Below, piece after piece: positions 1 to 13,690 of a stretch of DNA of 64,000 bases. This stretch comes from Octopus sinensis (taxonomy: Eukaryota), in NCBI RefSeq assembly GCF_006345805.1, contig NC_042999.1, positions 124,000,001 to 124,064,000 on the forward strand. Direction: 5' to 3'. The stretch's first letter is position 1; each line of letters starts with the position of its first letter. The notes beneath the pieces were generated by a model. It did no database searches. It worked only from the letters and a program-made list of their open reading frames with translations, and had not been told where the DNA came from. The position numbers and the translations under genes are program-made.

Positions 1-502
1 TAAATGACAACAATGAAACAAATAGTGAACAAAGTTGGACAACAACTAAAGAGTTAATAGAATTAAAACAATCAGATTCGGGCAGCTGTGCCAATTTGAT
101 TACAATAAAGTATGAACATGTTCGAAATCAGAAGTAAGAATTTCTTTCTAGTCAAGTCAACTAACTCATTCGTTTTTGAAGATAATTCAATAAATTAACT
201 AAATTTATATTTAAACAAATGAATTAGCTTCTTAATGTTTTGTTGAAATTTGTTGTTTTTATATCTAATTTCTTCTACGAAATTTGTAAGTGGTCCAGTT
301 TGACACAACTATTGTCTTGAACCATTCTAATATAACTACTTTCATAGTCTATAGAGATGTAGGTATAGAAAGAATTACATCAAAAGAACTGCATCTATTA
401 TACAGAATTTGTACCTCTTTATTCACATTGCTAATAACACTGAGAAAGGCATGAACACTACAACATTTCAGTTCTCCATTTTTTATAAGACATGCTAATA
501 CA

Positions 503-1095
503 CATCATCATTATCATCTTTCAATGTCTGTTCTCCATGCTGGTATAGGCTGGACTGTCTGAAAGGAGTCGGTCAGCTTGAGGGCTGCCCAGGCTCCATG
601 TGTCAGTTTTGGCATGGTTTCTATGGCTGGATGCCCTTCCTAACACCAACCACTTTACGGAGTGTACTGGGTGCTTTTACATGGCCCCAGCACAGGCGCT
701 TTTAAGTGGCACCAACATCAGCACTTTACGTAGCACAAACACAGGTGCTTTTACATGGCATCAGCAGCCATGAACATGTAAGACTAGAATCTCTTAGCTG
801 AGAGAGGGATGTAGACGACATACCTGTATGCATGGACAGCCACGATTTTACTTAGTTTGGCATGTCTTCTCAAGCATAGCAAACTACCAGAAGTTTCCGT
901 CTCTTGTCATCTCTTCAGTGAGGCCCAACATCTTTCTCACCACTTTATGCCATGTCTTACTGGGTTTGCCCCTTCTACACATTCTCTCAACAATTAGAGA
1001 TCGGTACTTTTTGATGCAGCTGTCCTTATCCATATGCATCACATGACCATACCAGTACAGTCTTCTTTCAGTCTACACCTGATGCATCTTATACC
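503..1095 (-). mobile_element. RTE-clade LINE, 3' fragment (end of ORF plus 3' UTR with (GAT)n tail)
   Basis: Minus strand gives a decayed WYGHVMHMDKDS-like C-terminus, matching the plus-strand copy at 53.1 kb, plus the TTAGGAAGGGCATCCAGC 3' UTR motif seen in several copies here. Confidence 0.7.
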
Positions 1096-1387
1096 CAATA
1101 TATATAACGTATATATAAGTCATGATGCATGATTTCAAGTATTCTGGTAGTGCTCATAAAAAAACCTCTTTAGTTTGTCATAGCACAAACCATATAGAGT
1201 ATATGGTAATATACATGAGGAAACAATAAGGAGAATATAAAGATATAAATAGTGGAGAAATATCATTATGAACTTTACTTAACAATAGACATTGATGTTT
1301 ATTGTTAAATAAAGTTCATAACATTTCTCCATCATTTATAGCTTTATACATATATATATATAATATATATATATAATATATATATAT

Positions 1388-1422
<35 letters not shown>

Positions 1423-1456
1423 TTATTTTTAAATTAACGATCTTACCCATATATAT

Positions 1457-1970
1457 ACTAGCAGTATCGCCCGGCGTTGCTCGGGTTTGTAAGGAAATAA
1501 CTATATAAGCATTTTTAGAGAGTTACTTTCCTTATAGATGCCAATTCGGGCTTTCTTAGCCATTTCTGTTTTGGTGTCTTCAAGCCATGAAGTCGTTGTT
1601 CTAAAAGAACGCTAGTCTCCTTGACAACGCTTTACGACGTTGATTTCCTTACACTCCCTTCCCCACAGCTTCACGAGGGAGGGAAGAAGGGGGAGAAGCA
1701 AACAGGTGCAGGTGTGACCATGGACGCCAACTCCGCCACCATCGACACACGAAAAATTATACATTAAAATGGAATAAAAAATGATGTTAAATTATTTTTT
1801 AAATCGTAGACTCATCGTAGACGCGCGCTAATAGTCAGACGGGCTTGATATGAATCACGACTATAAGATACCTGAATTTGGTTAAACTGCACCGCAAAAT
1901 GTGGGAGTAGTTAGGAATCTAAATCGAAGGGGACAGACACTCACACAACTACAGTTTTATATATATAGAT
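1457..1970 (+). mobile_element. Non-autonomous Helitron/Helentron-like element
   Basis: Starts ACTAGCAGTATCGCCCGGCGTTGCTCGGG, ends GACAGACAC...TTTTATATATATAGAT, GC-richer than flanks. Architecture resembles Lep1/DINE-type rolling-circle elements (recalled). Confidence 0.55.
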
Positions 1971-2726
1971 GTCTTCCACAAATTACCCCCAGTGCTTCTT
2001 TAAAGTAAGGTACTTATCCTGTCATTAAGCTACAGGGGATTAAGCAAACTAAAGTTAGTTTTCCAGCTGGTGGCTGGTGTGTGACACGCACAAACACACA
2101 CACGTGTGTGTGTAAGTGTGTGTTTGTGTGTGTGTGTGTGTTTGCCCTCACCACCTCTTGACAACTGGTGTTAGTTTGTTTATGTCCTAGGGTTGGTATG
2201 TGTGACTAAGCCCTTCAAGGTGGTGCTCTAGCATAGCTGTGAAAGACAAAAGATATCTGATAAATTGCAATAAATACTTTACTCTTAAATGTGTAGATTT
2301 TACTCCTTTTGCAAATTTAAAAAAAAACATTTTTATATGTGTATCAAAATTCAGCTTCCTCAGGGTGTCAGTAAACCCCCAGAAATGGTCCTTTATATGA
2401 AAAGAGGAGGCAACAACTCTTCATAGGCTGCTCATGCCATCAACAAGTATAAGAAAAAAACACTTCTTGCTTCAAAATGATTTTCACACATACAGACTCA
2501 CAAGCACAAAAACACGATACACACATACACTCACACACACACACACATACATGCACACATACACACACTGTGCATAACATCATATCACATCACCCCAAAC
2601 ACATATAATATACATAGATCATCAAAGATGCATGCTAAGGATTAATTTATAGTCATAGCTTGCTTTCCATCCATCCATTCATCCATTCATCCAGCTATTG
2701 CAATCATCCACAACCAAATAGTTTTA

Positions 2727-2736
2727 CAAAACAGTT

Positions 2737-2781
<45 letters not shown>

Positions 2782-2885
2782 CACTACTACTACTACTACC
2801 ACCACCACCACCACCACTACTACTAATACTACTGCTTCCATTACTACCAACACCACCACTGTTACTGCTACTGTTGCAGCTGTTG

Positions 2886-2924
<39 letters not shown>

Positions 2925-2925
2925 A
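2727..2925. repeat. (ACT)n/(ACC)n trinucleotide microsatellite
   Basis: Directly visible; explains the poly-T, poly-S and poly-V ORFs. Confidence 0.95.
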
Positions 2926-3229
2926 TGATACTGCTTTCCTGTATGACCCAAACATAGAACTTGCTTCCATGCCAAAATACACGCATCATCAATTACTTCT
3001 CTAAGACTAAACTCTGCTGGATTGACAAGACTGTTTAATAAATTCTGAGGAATACACTCCAATCCACACACACACACACACACACCCACACACTCACTTG
3101 CTCACTCACAGAAACATAAAAATACACACATGAACAAAACATACACACACACACACAGGGCTTACATAAAAGGAGGAAAAGAAAATGCAATATCCCATCC
3201 AAAAATCAAAGTATTTAAAAAAAATAAAA

Positions 3230-3560
3230 AAGTATGAAGATGACTCTGGAACCTGGTATATGCATTCTTCACTGTCTCTGGAAAGATCTTCAAGCACTTC
3301 CTTGATCTTGGCCTCCACCTCAGCCTTGGTGTTGCCAGTAGAGCATTTGATGTCTTTCTCAACCATGCCACACACATAGTAATCCATGGGATTACAATCA
3401 GCAGGGTTAGGAAGCCAGAAACTGAGTCTGGTGAATTCATAGAAATTCTCAAACAACCTTTTCTGACTCTCTTGAGGTTAGGCAAGGAGCAAATCCTGCT
3501 ACCACACATATGGCCTTCCAGCTGCAACCCTCTCCAGCCAGTGTTTGACTGTACTCCTCA
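3230..3560 (-). mobile_element. Tc1/mariner-superfamily (maT-like) transposase, decayed C-terminal fragment
   Basis: VKHWLERVAAGRPYVW*QD and FWLPNPADCNPMDYYVCGMVEK resemble the YVWQQD and WPPNSPDxNPxDY catalytic motifs. Contains stops and frameshifts. Confidence 0.75.
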
Positions 3561-3637
3561 TCAGCTTAGTTTGAGGTCCTGTTCAAAATTGTCTCGATAA
3601 ATTCTGATAAGTAGACTGTTATAGAAGAATCCTGAAC

Positions 3638-4040
3638 GCAGGAGTGGCTGTGTGGTAAGTAGCTTGTTTACCAACCACATGGTTCCGGGTTCAGTCCCAC
3701 TGCGTGGCACCTTGGGCAAGTGTCTTCTACTATAGCCTCGGGCCGACCAAAGCCTTGTGAGTGGATTTGGTAGACGGAAACTGAAAGAAGCCCGTCGTAT
3801 ATATGTATATATATATATATATATGCATGTGTGTGTTTGTGTGTCTATGTTTGTCCCCCTAGCATTGCTTGACAACCGATGCTGGTGTGTTTATGTCCCC
3901 GTTACTTAGCGGTTCGGCAAAAGAGACTGATAGAATAAGTACTGGGATTACAAAAGAATAAGTCCCGGGGTCGAGTTACTCGATTAAAGGCGGTGCTCCA
4001 GCATGGCCGCAGTCAAATGACTGAAACAAGTAAAAGAGTA
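3638..4040 (+). mobile_element. tRNA-derived SINE, family A
   Basis: Box A/B-like head (GGCTGTGTGGTAAG...GGTTCAGTCC), body CCTTGGGCAAGTGTCTTCTACTATAGCC, internal TA/TG microsatellite, tail GACTGAAACAAGTAAAAGAGTA. Many homologues in the window. Confidence 0.85.
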
Positions 4041-4339
4041 TCTCCATGTGACTGAAGGTGGACTGATTACAATAAATAGGAACTGAGTGAACTGTTGGGT
4101 GAGCAGTAATTGACAGTGTTAGTTCAACTGTATTGGTTGATGGTGTTAGTTCAACCGTAATGGTTTATGGTGTTAGTTCAATGTGTGTTGGTTTAACAGT
4201 CAGTAGTTGAACAGTGAATAATGAGTATTGTACCTACATTCAAGTAATACAGAGTGCATTCTTTATTAACATATATTTCTGCAATAGCCTATTTTTAGAT
4301 AACCACAACCAACTATTTATTTGTGTAATACCATTTTAC

Positions 4340-4560
4340 ACCAGATGTGTATACCTACGTCATACCACAGACACAGTCAGAACACCTGCTGTATCCATTT
4401 CTGTGAGCCATGGGTTTGTAGTTTCCATTACAGCTGTCCGTGTCATGTCTCAGCCTTTACAGTGCTCACAGAGCATTGAGCAGTTGTCATGATGTCAGCA
4501 TTTTGATACCCAGTACAAATCTTCATGATACAGGTAACTCTTTCCCAATATTCAGATGGT
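4340..4560 (-). mobile_element. Probable N-terminal fragment of the same maT-like transposase
   Basis: PSEYWERVTCIMKICTGYQNADIMTTAQCSVSTVK is HTH-like and lies upstream, on the same strand, of the catalytic fragment. Confidence 0.5.
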
Positions 4561-4764
4561 TCCCAGTCCTCTACATCGTTTGAGCTTTTCTCAATTACTG
4601 CTTTAATATTTATGCTATCCAATGCTATTGACTGTTTATCAACACATTAAGCTGTTCTTGAAAAATGGAGACATAAAAACATTATCAAATTTAGCCTGAA
4701 CACTTTGTATGTATGTTTATCTTTTATTCTTTTTGTTCTTTTACTTGTTTTAATCATTAGAATG

Positions 4765-4960
4765 CAGCCAGGGTGTAAACACACCACCGATTACCAACAC
4801 TGGTTGGTAATCGGTGGTGAGGAACAAACACAGACACAAAGACAAACATACATAGATATAGTAGAAGACACTTACTCAAGATGTCACGCAGTGGATCTGA
4901 ACCCAGAACTATGTGGTTGAGAAGCAAGCTTCTTACCACACATCCACACTTGTGCCTGCA
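4765..4960 (-). mobile_element. SINE family A, partial
   Basis: Reverse-complement match to the head and body of the 3638 copy. Confidence 0.7.
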
Positions 4961-5779
4961 CCTACAAATGAAAAAAATCAATGAGTACTGGAGTTGAGTC
5001 ATTCAACTAAAATATTTTCAAGGTAGTGCTCTAGCATGGTTGCAATCTAATGAGTGAAATGAGTAAGAGCTAAAAGCTAAATGATATACCTATGTAAGAG
5101 ATCGTTAAAGAAAATTCATTGTTTGAAATATCATGTCTAACACCTTGACATTGTTTCTTATTTCCTGTGCATGCAAAAAGTTAGTATGGTGGTGACCTTT
5201 CAAGCTATCAAATGTCAGAGGTCTTGAAGGAAAAGGGAAAATGACAGGGAAAAGATGGCAGAGGGAGTGAACAGAAGGAGAAAGATGAAGAGAGAGAAGA
5301 CAAGCAGAGGAGGAAGAAGAGGAAGAGGTTGTTACTGTTGTATAGACTCAGCATCACATTTTACTTGTTGCTTCTCTATTCAAGACAGGGTTTATTGTTT
5401 GCATCTGGATAGGTTCTGCAATTTTCTTCAGCAATTTTATATAGGATTCTGGTGTATATATTTTAAACTTTTTATTTATGTATGTATTTATCTGTTTAGT
5501 TATTTATTTATTTTATGTGTAAGAATTCTTTTCTGAATGTTTAAAATATGATACAGTCATGTTTTTAATATGGCATGACTTTAAAAAAAGTTACTTCCCA
5601 TACACACACAAACACACACATGGATGCACATGCACACACACACACACAGACATGTACATATACAGATATAGTAAAAACAGATGTGACTACGATGATGATG
5701 ATAACGACAACAATGACAATAACATACACCATACAGAAGCTTTAGTTTCCAGCAAAGGAATGAATTATACACGTGTGCA

Positions 5780-6101
<322 letters not shown>

Positions 6102-7372
6102 TGAGGTCATCTCATAAGTTATATCTGAATTTTGAATAAAGAAAACAAGTGATCAAATGTTATATTTAATTGAAATTTGATCATCAATGCACTTTCCCTG
6201 ATTATCTATGACTTTCTTCCATCTATTTACAAGCTTTTTAATCCCATCAATGTAAAACTCTTTTGGTTTCAAAGTGAAGAACTCTGAAATGTCAGTTTCG
6301 ACCTTCTCCTGGCTTGCGAAAGCTATGTCCCTCAAATGATTCTGTAAACTATGAAACAAATGGTAGTCTGAAGGAGCAAGGTCAGGAGAATAAGGTGGAT
6401 GAGGAATTTTTTCCCAACCAAGCTCTTCGATCTTCTGTGATGTTGTCTTTGCAGTGTGGGGGTCATGCATTGTCCTGATGAAATATCACTCCTTTTCGAT
6501 TCACTAAAGCGGGTCTTCTTTTCTTCAAAGCTTGATTCAAATGCTCTAATTGCTGACAGTAGACTTGAACATTGATTGTTGCATTAGGCAGTAACAATTC
6601 AAAGTGAATTACTCTTTTGCAATCCCACCAGATAGAAGAAAAGAACCTTTTTCCTATGAAGTTCCCTTCTCAGTTGTGTTTGAGCTTCTTCCCTTTTACC
6701 AAGCCACTGTTTACAACATTTAACATTTTGATACAAGATCCATTTTTCATCACCAGTCACAAGTCGATCCAAAAAGGGTGAAATGAGTTCACAAGAATGG
6801 AGAGAAGAGCACATGTCAACTCTGACCATTCATGAGGACCCCATTTTCCAAGTTTAGGAACCTTTCCAAGTTGTTGAAGATGATGATGAACAGTTGTATG
6901 GTTTGAACTAAGCTTTATTGCAAATTCTTCAACTGTTAATGCAGGATTTTCTTCAAATAATGCCTCAAGGAGCTATTCATCAAGCTCAACTGAACATCCT
7001 GTTTGATCTTCATCTTCAAGGCTGAAATCTCCACTTCTGAATTTTGCATACCATCTTCTGCAAGTTCTTTCATTCAAGCATTCTTTCCCATAAACTGAGT
7101 GTATGTTTCAAGTCACTTTGGCTGCAGAGTTTTCTTTTTTGTACTCATAAAGCATTAGGTGCCTCAAATGCTCTTTGGATACTTCCATGTTAGAAGGGGT
7201 TTTAATCAAAGAAATTTTAATTCTATTATTCTGTAAAATAATATTTAATTATTTTAAATGTACACAAATGCATAAAAATAATTTTTAATTCCATTAGACA
7301 TTCTAAAATACTATTAAATTTCATTCAGTTTTAAAAAAGGTAAAATCAGACAGAACTTATGGGATGACCTGA
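6102..7372 (-). mobile_element. Mariner (DD34D) DNA transposon, full length but decayed
   Basis: TIRs TGAGGTCATCTCATAAGTT / AACTTATGGGATGACCTGA, TA on both sides, 1271 bp. Motifs LVTGDEKWILY and HPPYSPDLAPSDYHLF. Confidence 0.92.
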
Positions 7373-7381
7373 TACATATAT

Positions 7382-7564
7382 ATAAATGAAAAATGCATTA
7401 AATACTACAGAGCATACATGTAGGACTGACATAAGGACCCTAATCCTTCAGTTATTGACTCAAAATACTAATACACAGTTTTGGTCAATAACTGAGGAAG
7501 GATTAGGGTCCTTGTGTCTGTCCTATATGTACCTTATGTAGTATTTAATGCATTTTTCATTTAT
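7382..7564. repeat. Foldback element with about 84-bp imperfect inverted arms and about 13-nt spacer
   Basis: ATAAATGAAAAATGCATTAAATACTAC...CAGTTATTGACTCAAAA versus TTTTGGTCAATAACTG...GTAGTATTTAATGCATTTTTCATTTAT. Confidence 0.8.
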
Positions 7565-7654
7565 GGAATAACTGAACGCCATGCACCCCAACTTTGTTAT
7601 ACATACATATATGTATGTATGTATGTATGTACATTATATATATATATAAATCGA

Positions 7655-8023
7655 AATCGAAATCTTTCAACATCAATGGAAATTGTAGCTGAGATACCAG
7701 TGCTGGTGGCACGTAAGAGAACTGTCCGAACGTGCCTGTTGCCAGCGCCGCCCCGACTGGCCTCCATGCCAGTGGCATGTAAAAAGCACCATCCGATTGT
7801 GGCTGTTTGCCAGCCTTGTCTGGCACCTGTGCAGGTGGCACATAAAAAGCACCCACTACACTCTCGGAGTGGTTGGCGTTAGGAAGGGCATCCAGCTGTA
7901 GAAACACTGCCAGATCAGACTGGGCCTGGTGCAGCCTTCTGGCTTCCCAGACCCCAGTTGAACCATCCAACCCATGATAGCATGGAAAACAGACGTTAAA
8001 TGATGATGATGATGATGATGATG
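7655..8023 (+). mobile_element. RTE LINE 3' UTR fragment
   Basis: GTGGCAC...AAAAAGCACC repeats, GGCGTTAGGAAGGGCATCCAGC motif, (GAT)n tail. Confidence 0.75.
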
Positions 8024-8044
8024 ATATATATATATATACATGTA

Positions 8045-8117
<73 letters not shown>

Positions 8118-9779
8118 GATATATACATATATCATCATATTCTCTTCATAATCATCATCATCTGATTTTCCATGTTGGCATAGATTGTATAAGTCTTCTT
8201 GTGGCAGCATTTTACAACCAGATGCCATCCCTGGTGCCTTTCTGTATTTGGCTTATTTTCAGATATGGTTAACTGCTTAGTAATTTTAGACTACGCTTTA
8301 TTAGCAATGAGTTTGTTTGAAAAATAACTGGGAGACATATGTACCTGAGGAATTTTGTTCAAGCTCCTAATAACTCTAAGTAGAATGCAAAGACAATGTT
8401 TACAGGGGCACTACATTTCAACTGAAGGATGTATGAGAGCAAACACTATCCAAATCTCAACAAGTTAAACATCTAATATCAGTCAGCAAACTTTCCTAAA
8501 GCTATATGTTGTTTATTTTGTTTAGTCGTCAACTGCTAAGAAGGAGACATTGTAAATTTGTGTTTATTTGCAAAGGTTTATGAAGAAAAGCAGTGACTTT
8601 TCCATCTCACTGTTTTCCATTTGATATCTACCTATGCTGTACTGCAGTACAATGTATGTCGATATGAAATAGAAAATGAGTTACTGAGAAAATATCTACA
8701 TACTCATTCACTTTGCAAGAAATTGCTACCTAATCTGCCTCAAATTACAGCCTTTCATCTTAAAAATGAACAACAGAGAGATAATGAAGTCTTTGGTCCT
8801 AATGGTAGTCTCACAGAGTCAAAAAAATTTTTTGATGAACAATTTTTTGCTGAGCAATTTTTTACTGAACAATTTTTTGCTGAGCAACCTGTAGAAATGA
8901 TTTGTTAGTAGTGATCAAATGTTTGTGCTGTACATTAGATCATTCCCACCATCAATTTCATGTTGCCTGCTACATGTGAGGAGTTGAAGTAACCACAGAG
9001 CAATGCAAGATGAAGTGTTTGCTCAAGAATGCAATGCATCACTTGGTCCAAGAATTGAAACCACAATCTCATGATAGTGAGTGGAACATCTTAACCACTA
9101 GGCCATGTGCACACATAGTATTAAGTATAATGTCTGAGAAAATTAAAATTAGACAGCAAGAGAATATTTGATAAATAGCTTTTCAGGGATTAAGACAGAT
9201 TAGGGCCAAATAACAACTGCAGCAGAGATAATATAAATGCATTATACAGAAGCATGTCAACCTTTTCTTTCACATGTTGACGAGTTTTCTTGGTGACTCT
9301 TGAAGAAGTGGCCTGGCTCTGATGTTCTGATGACACAGAACATCTGATGTTCTGTCTCATTTTCAGTATGTAGAAGTCTTGTGTCTGTCAAGATGTAATG
9401 CACATTATTGATCGATACGATTTCTTTTGGCTGGATGTTGTTGGCAATTTACAACATTAGAGCTCTAAGATGTCTGTGTATCTTCAAAATACACTAGGAA
9501 TAGTATTGATATAATTTAATATGCTTGTACTATACCAAACATTGCACAGAATAGTTGAAAGAGAAATTCTCCCTTTGCATTAGTTCCATATCAACTAACA
9601 AAAGTTATACATTCTTATGCTGTCAGGTGTTGTTGTTTAGCCCCAAATCAACACCTGATCAAGCAGATCAATAATCAACACCATTTCAGGCATGGCCATT
9701 TGCACCTAGTTATAGTGAATTTTGACATTAATATGCATAAGTGTTATTAGCAATAACATGTTAATATTTTTGGTATTGT

Positions 9780-11240
9780 GAGCTGCAAGCTGGCAGAATC
9801 ATTAACACACCAGCCAAAATGCTTGGTGGCATTTCATCCATCTTTACATTCTGGGTTCAAATTATGCCAAGGTCAACTTAGACTTTCATCATTTTGGAGG
9901 TGCTAAAATAAGTACCAGCTGAGCACTGGGGTTGATATAACTGACTTACACCTGCCCCTGAGCTTGCTGGCTTTGTGCCAAAATTTGAAATCAATATTTT
10001 TGGTATCGTGCGGGCACATGTCATAGAGCTCAGAGTGTTGCACTCATAATTGCAAAATTACAGATTTAATTCCCAGACTGTGTGGTGCATTTTGTTCTTG
10101 AGAAAACCACTTCATCTTAAGTTGCTCTATGATCACTTCAACATCTGATGTGTGGCTCACCATGCACCTATTCAGGCATAGTTGACTTGAATGAGGGAGT
10201 GAGATAATGTGTTGCACAAACATGTGATTACTGTCATCTGTGCAGGTTGTTCAGCAAGAAATTGCAGAACAATCTTTCACAAGCTCTAAGAGATTACCTT
10301 GCATATATTCTTGATGTAGAAGGTATACTAGGGGAGCAAGCTGTTAGAATCATTACCATGCTGGGCAAAATGCTTACCAGCTTTTCATCCATCTTTATGT
10401 TATCACTTCAAATTCCACCAAGGTCAACTTTGCCTTTCATTCTTTTGGGGGTTGATAGAATAAGTACCATCTGAGCACTAGGGTGAATGTAATCAATAAG
10501 CTTCCTCTCTCAAAATTGTTGGTCTTGTGCCAAAGTTTGAAACCATTATGTACAGGGTGTATTAGAACCAAGGATGCTGGCTTCAGATTTTGGCACAAGG
10601 CCAGCAAGTTTGGGGTAGGAATTAAGTTGATTACATCAACCCCAGTGTTCAACTGGTACTTATTTTATCAACCCCGAAAGGACGAAAGGAAAAGTCAACG
10701 TTGGCAGAATTTGACATTAGCACTGTATTTCTATCCCTTTGCATCCGCTATGAGAAAGATAAAGTCATTGTCTAGGCCCACTTTCTACTTTTGTACAGAA
10801 ATATCATCAATTTATTAATAATAAATATTCATAAGGTGGTGAGCTGGCAGAAACGTTAGCACACCAGGTGAAATGCTTAGCAGTATTTCATCTGTTTTTT
10901 TACATTCTGAGTTCAAATTCTGCTAAGGTCGACTTTGCCTTTCATCCTTTTGGGGTTGATAAATTAAGTACCAGTTTCGCACTTGCGTGGATGTAATCGA
11001 CTTAATCCATTTGTCTGTCCTTGTTTGTCCCCTCTGTGTGTAGCCACTTGTGGGTAGTAAAGAAATAGGTATTTCGTCTGTCTTTACATTCTGAGTTTAA
11101 ATTCTGCTAAGGTCGACTTTGCCTTTCATTATTTCAGGGTCGATAAATTAAGTACCAGTTACTTACTGGGGCTGATCTAATCGACTGGCCCCACTCTCCC
11201 CACAAAATTTCGGTCCTTGTGCCTAGAGTAGAAAAGAATA
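9780..11240. mobile_element. Cluster of tRNA-derived SINEs (family B in both orientations, one family C)
   Basis: Family B head GAGCTGGCAGAAACGTTAGC and core CCTTTCATCCTTT-GGGGT-GATAAATTAAGTACCAG at about 9780(+), 10330(+), 10580(-) and 10834(+). Family C at about 10015. Confidence 0.8.
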
Positions 11241-11976
11241 ATAAATATTCATAACTTTCTTGATTTCTGTAGAGTTATTTGAGATTTCATTGATGATTCA
11301 TACCAAATAAACTGATTGCCTTAATACATAATGAGAAGCTCTCTAAGGATATTGCCTTTATTTTACGAATTAATCGGAGGAAGAAATCAGTGTTCATGAC
11401 TTTTACAGGCCCTCCAGAGTCAGTGAGAATGACAAAACTAATGACTGCATAGCCTGCTACTCAATGACTGCAAGAAAACCAAGGACTGGATCTGGCATTG
11501 TTGTTATGTAGATGAAATTCTCAGAAAATGCATTTAAATTCTGAAGTGGTAATGGTATTTCTGAGGTTTCCTGTCAATGCCATCACTTTCTAGAAGTTAG
11601 AAGCAGAAGTTCTTTGCTACAATGATAACAAAATACTTCTGTTATTTATGTGGCTCTGCAATGACTTTCTAGTGATTGTGTGATAGTGTTTTGTTGCTGT
11701 TTTTAAAAATTTTATTTTTTGTGTGATTAACTTTATAGTATTCATCGTCTGACAGTCAAAAAACTGGAATATGCATCCAAGATGAATTATGCATAGAAAA
11801 TCATGAGAGAAGCAGAAGAAATTTAACAAGTAAAATACTTTTATGAAGAATTTTGGTTATTTTTATGCAACACCACTTTTCAACATATTGTCAGACTGAA
11901 GACTACTTTGGTTAGTATAAGAAGAAGCAACATAGATAGCCTAACACGTTATGCATTGAGAACATACTGTAAAAAC

Positions 11977-12021
<45 letters not shown>

Positions 12022-12283
12022 ATATATATATATATGCACATATATATCTATGTAAATACATATATGTACATGTATTCATACATACATACATGTATATATA
12101 TGTATGTACATACATATATGTACATATATATATATACACACACACACACATATGTATATAAAATATATATAAACATATGTATATATATATAGGCATATAT
12201 ATCTATATATATTTATACATACATGTATACATATAAATATACATACAAGCATTTATTTATATATATGCATATAGACCCACACA

Positions 12284-12319
<36 letters not shown>

Positions 12320-13132
12320 TGTGTGTGTGAGCACATGAACATGTACATGTGCACTTGTGTGTTCTGACAATGTGAATTACATAAGAATATTTTGAACTTT
12401 GATATATTTGATATAATCAATACAGAAAAATCTGCAAACGTGTGTGGCAATTCACAATGCAGACAATCCATTTACTGTTTGTTTTCGATTGGAAACTAAG
12501 AGAATAATCTTTCCGGAAGAATTGTAGCTAATGTGTAAAACACCAATTTACAAATTGTCAACTATATTTTTGCATATGATGATCTTCTTTATATGACTAG
12601 AAGAAATGAATAAGAATTGGTTAAACAGAATATCAGAATATAGTATGTAATAGATATGAATGTGTGTGTGTGTATGTGTGTATGTGTGTTTTATTTTATT
12701 TTATTTTATTTTACTCATGAGTTAATCTATATTTTTGTTTTCTTTATATGTTAGCAGGTTAGAATTTGAGTGAGTTATCAATGGGGATTTCACGTAAGTC
12801 TAGAAGTAAATTAGTTCTGACATTTCATGATAGAGTTACCACTTGAGATTACTTTAATTTTCTTTTAATGTCATAAATAAATAATACCTTCTTAAAGTAA
12901 AATATATAAATTATTGCCAATATAATTTTTCTTTTCTACAGATAATCCAGATAGAATTGTCATAAATACAATACTGATTCAGACAATAACATTTTAAGTG
13001 TGTATATCATTTCTTTGATTCTATGTTTATATGCATATATATATATGTATGTATGTGGGTGTGTATGTATGTATGTATGTATGTATGTATGTATGTATGT
13101 ATGTATGTATGTGTGTATATAGTATTATGTTA

Positions 13133-13690
13133 TGTCAGGTCACTTTCGAGTGCTACTGGTAACATGTAACCCAATACAACCTGTAGCATGGTCGGGTCAT
13201 CGGCGACTAAACCGGCAACCTCACCAAGCTTGCTTGGTGAGGAGGGTGTTAACTGGACACCCTGCGGGATGAAAAACAAAACCCTTCAAAGGGCAGAGGA
13301 AGTCTTGAGAGTCAACAGCCATCCAACCAATAAATGTCTTAAGGCTGTATCATGTGCGGGGACATAGAAATAATTGGACTGAATACCCGATCGTGCGGTT
13401 AAACCATTGGGAGTGAAGGACTCCTAGCCTTTGTTAGGGCATCGTTCTAGGAGAAGGTAACTCAGGTAACTGGGATAACTCCAACATAAAACCTGCAGCT
13501 CAGTGGTTACCGATGATGTTGACTTGTTCTTCTTTTCGGATTATGGCTGCTGTTGCTTAGTGAGTGAGATTGACTCAGTACACAGCCTTTCCTCACTTTA
13601 AAAAAAATCTTCTTGCACAGGCATTGCACGATAACAACATTGATTAAGCTTCATGCAATGGCCATACTCGATAACAAGGGGGCAGCCACC
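13133..13690 (+). mobile_element. Isolated 5' UTR-like segment of an RTE LINE, or an RTE-derived SINE
   Basis: GC-richer island between (ATGT)n tracts. GGGCATCGTTCTAGGAGAAGGTAACTC resembles RTE 5' UTR motifs (recalled). Several strong hairpins. Confidence 0.45.

Noticed and set aside
3638-3700. tRNA-like sequences at SINE heads
   Set aside because: Box A/B motifs only, no full cloverleaf, always followed by a SINE body.
7503-7508. TTAGGG in the stem II loop of the foldback
   Set aside because: A single hexamer is expected by chance; no telomeric array.
8621-8908. 95-aa ORF ending in EQFFAEQFFTEQFFAEQ
   Set aside because: The repeat is a 15-bp DNA tandem, probably a subterminal repeat of an old DNA transposon; no recognisable domain.
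12758-12996. Plus-strand exon pair (NLSELSMGISHNPDRIV...) and an opposite-strand candidate at 12476-12527
   Set aside because: Plausible splice signals occur on both strands here, showing the chance rate; no supporting chain.
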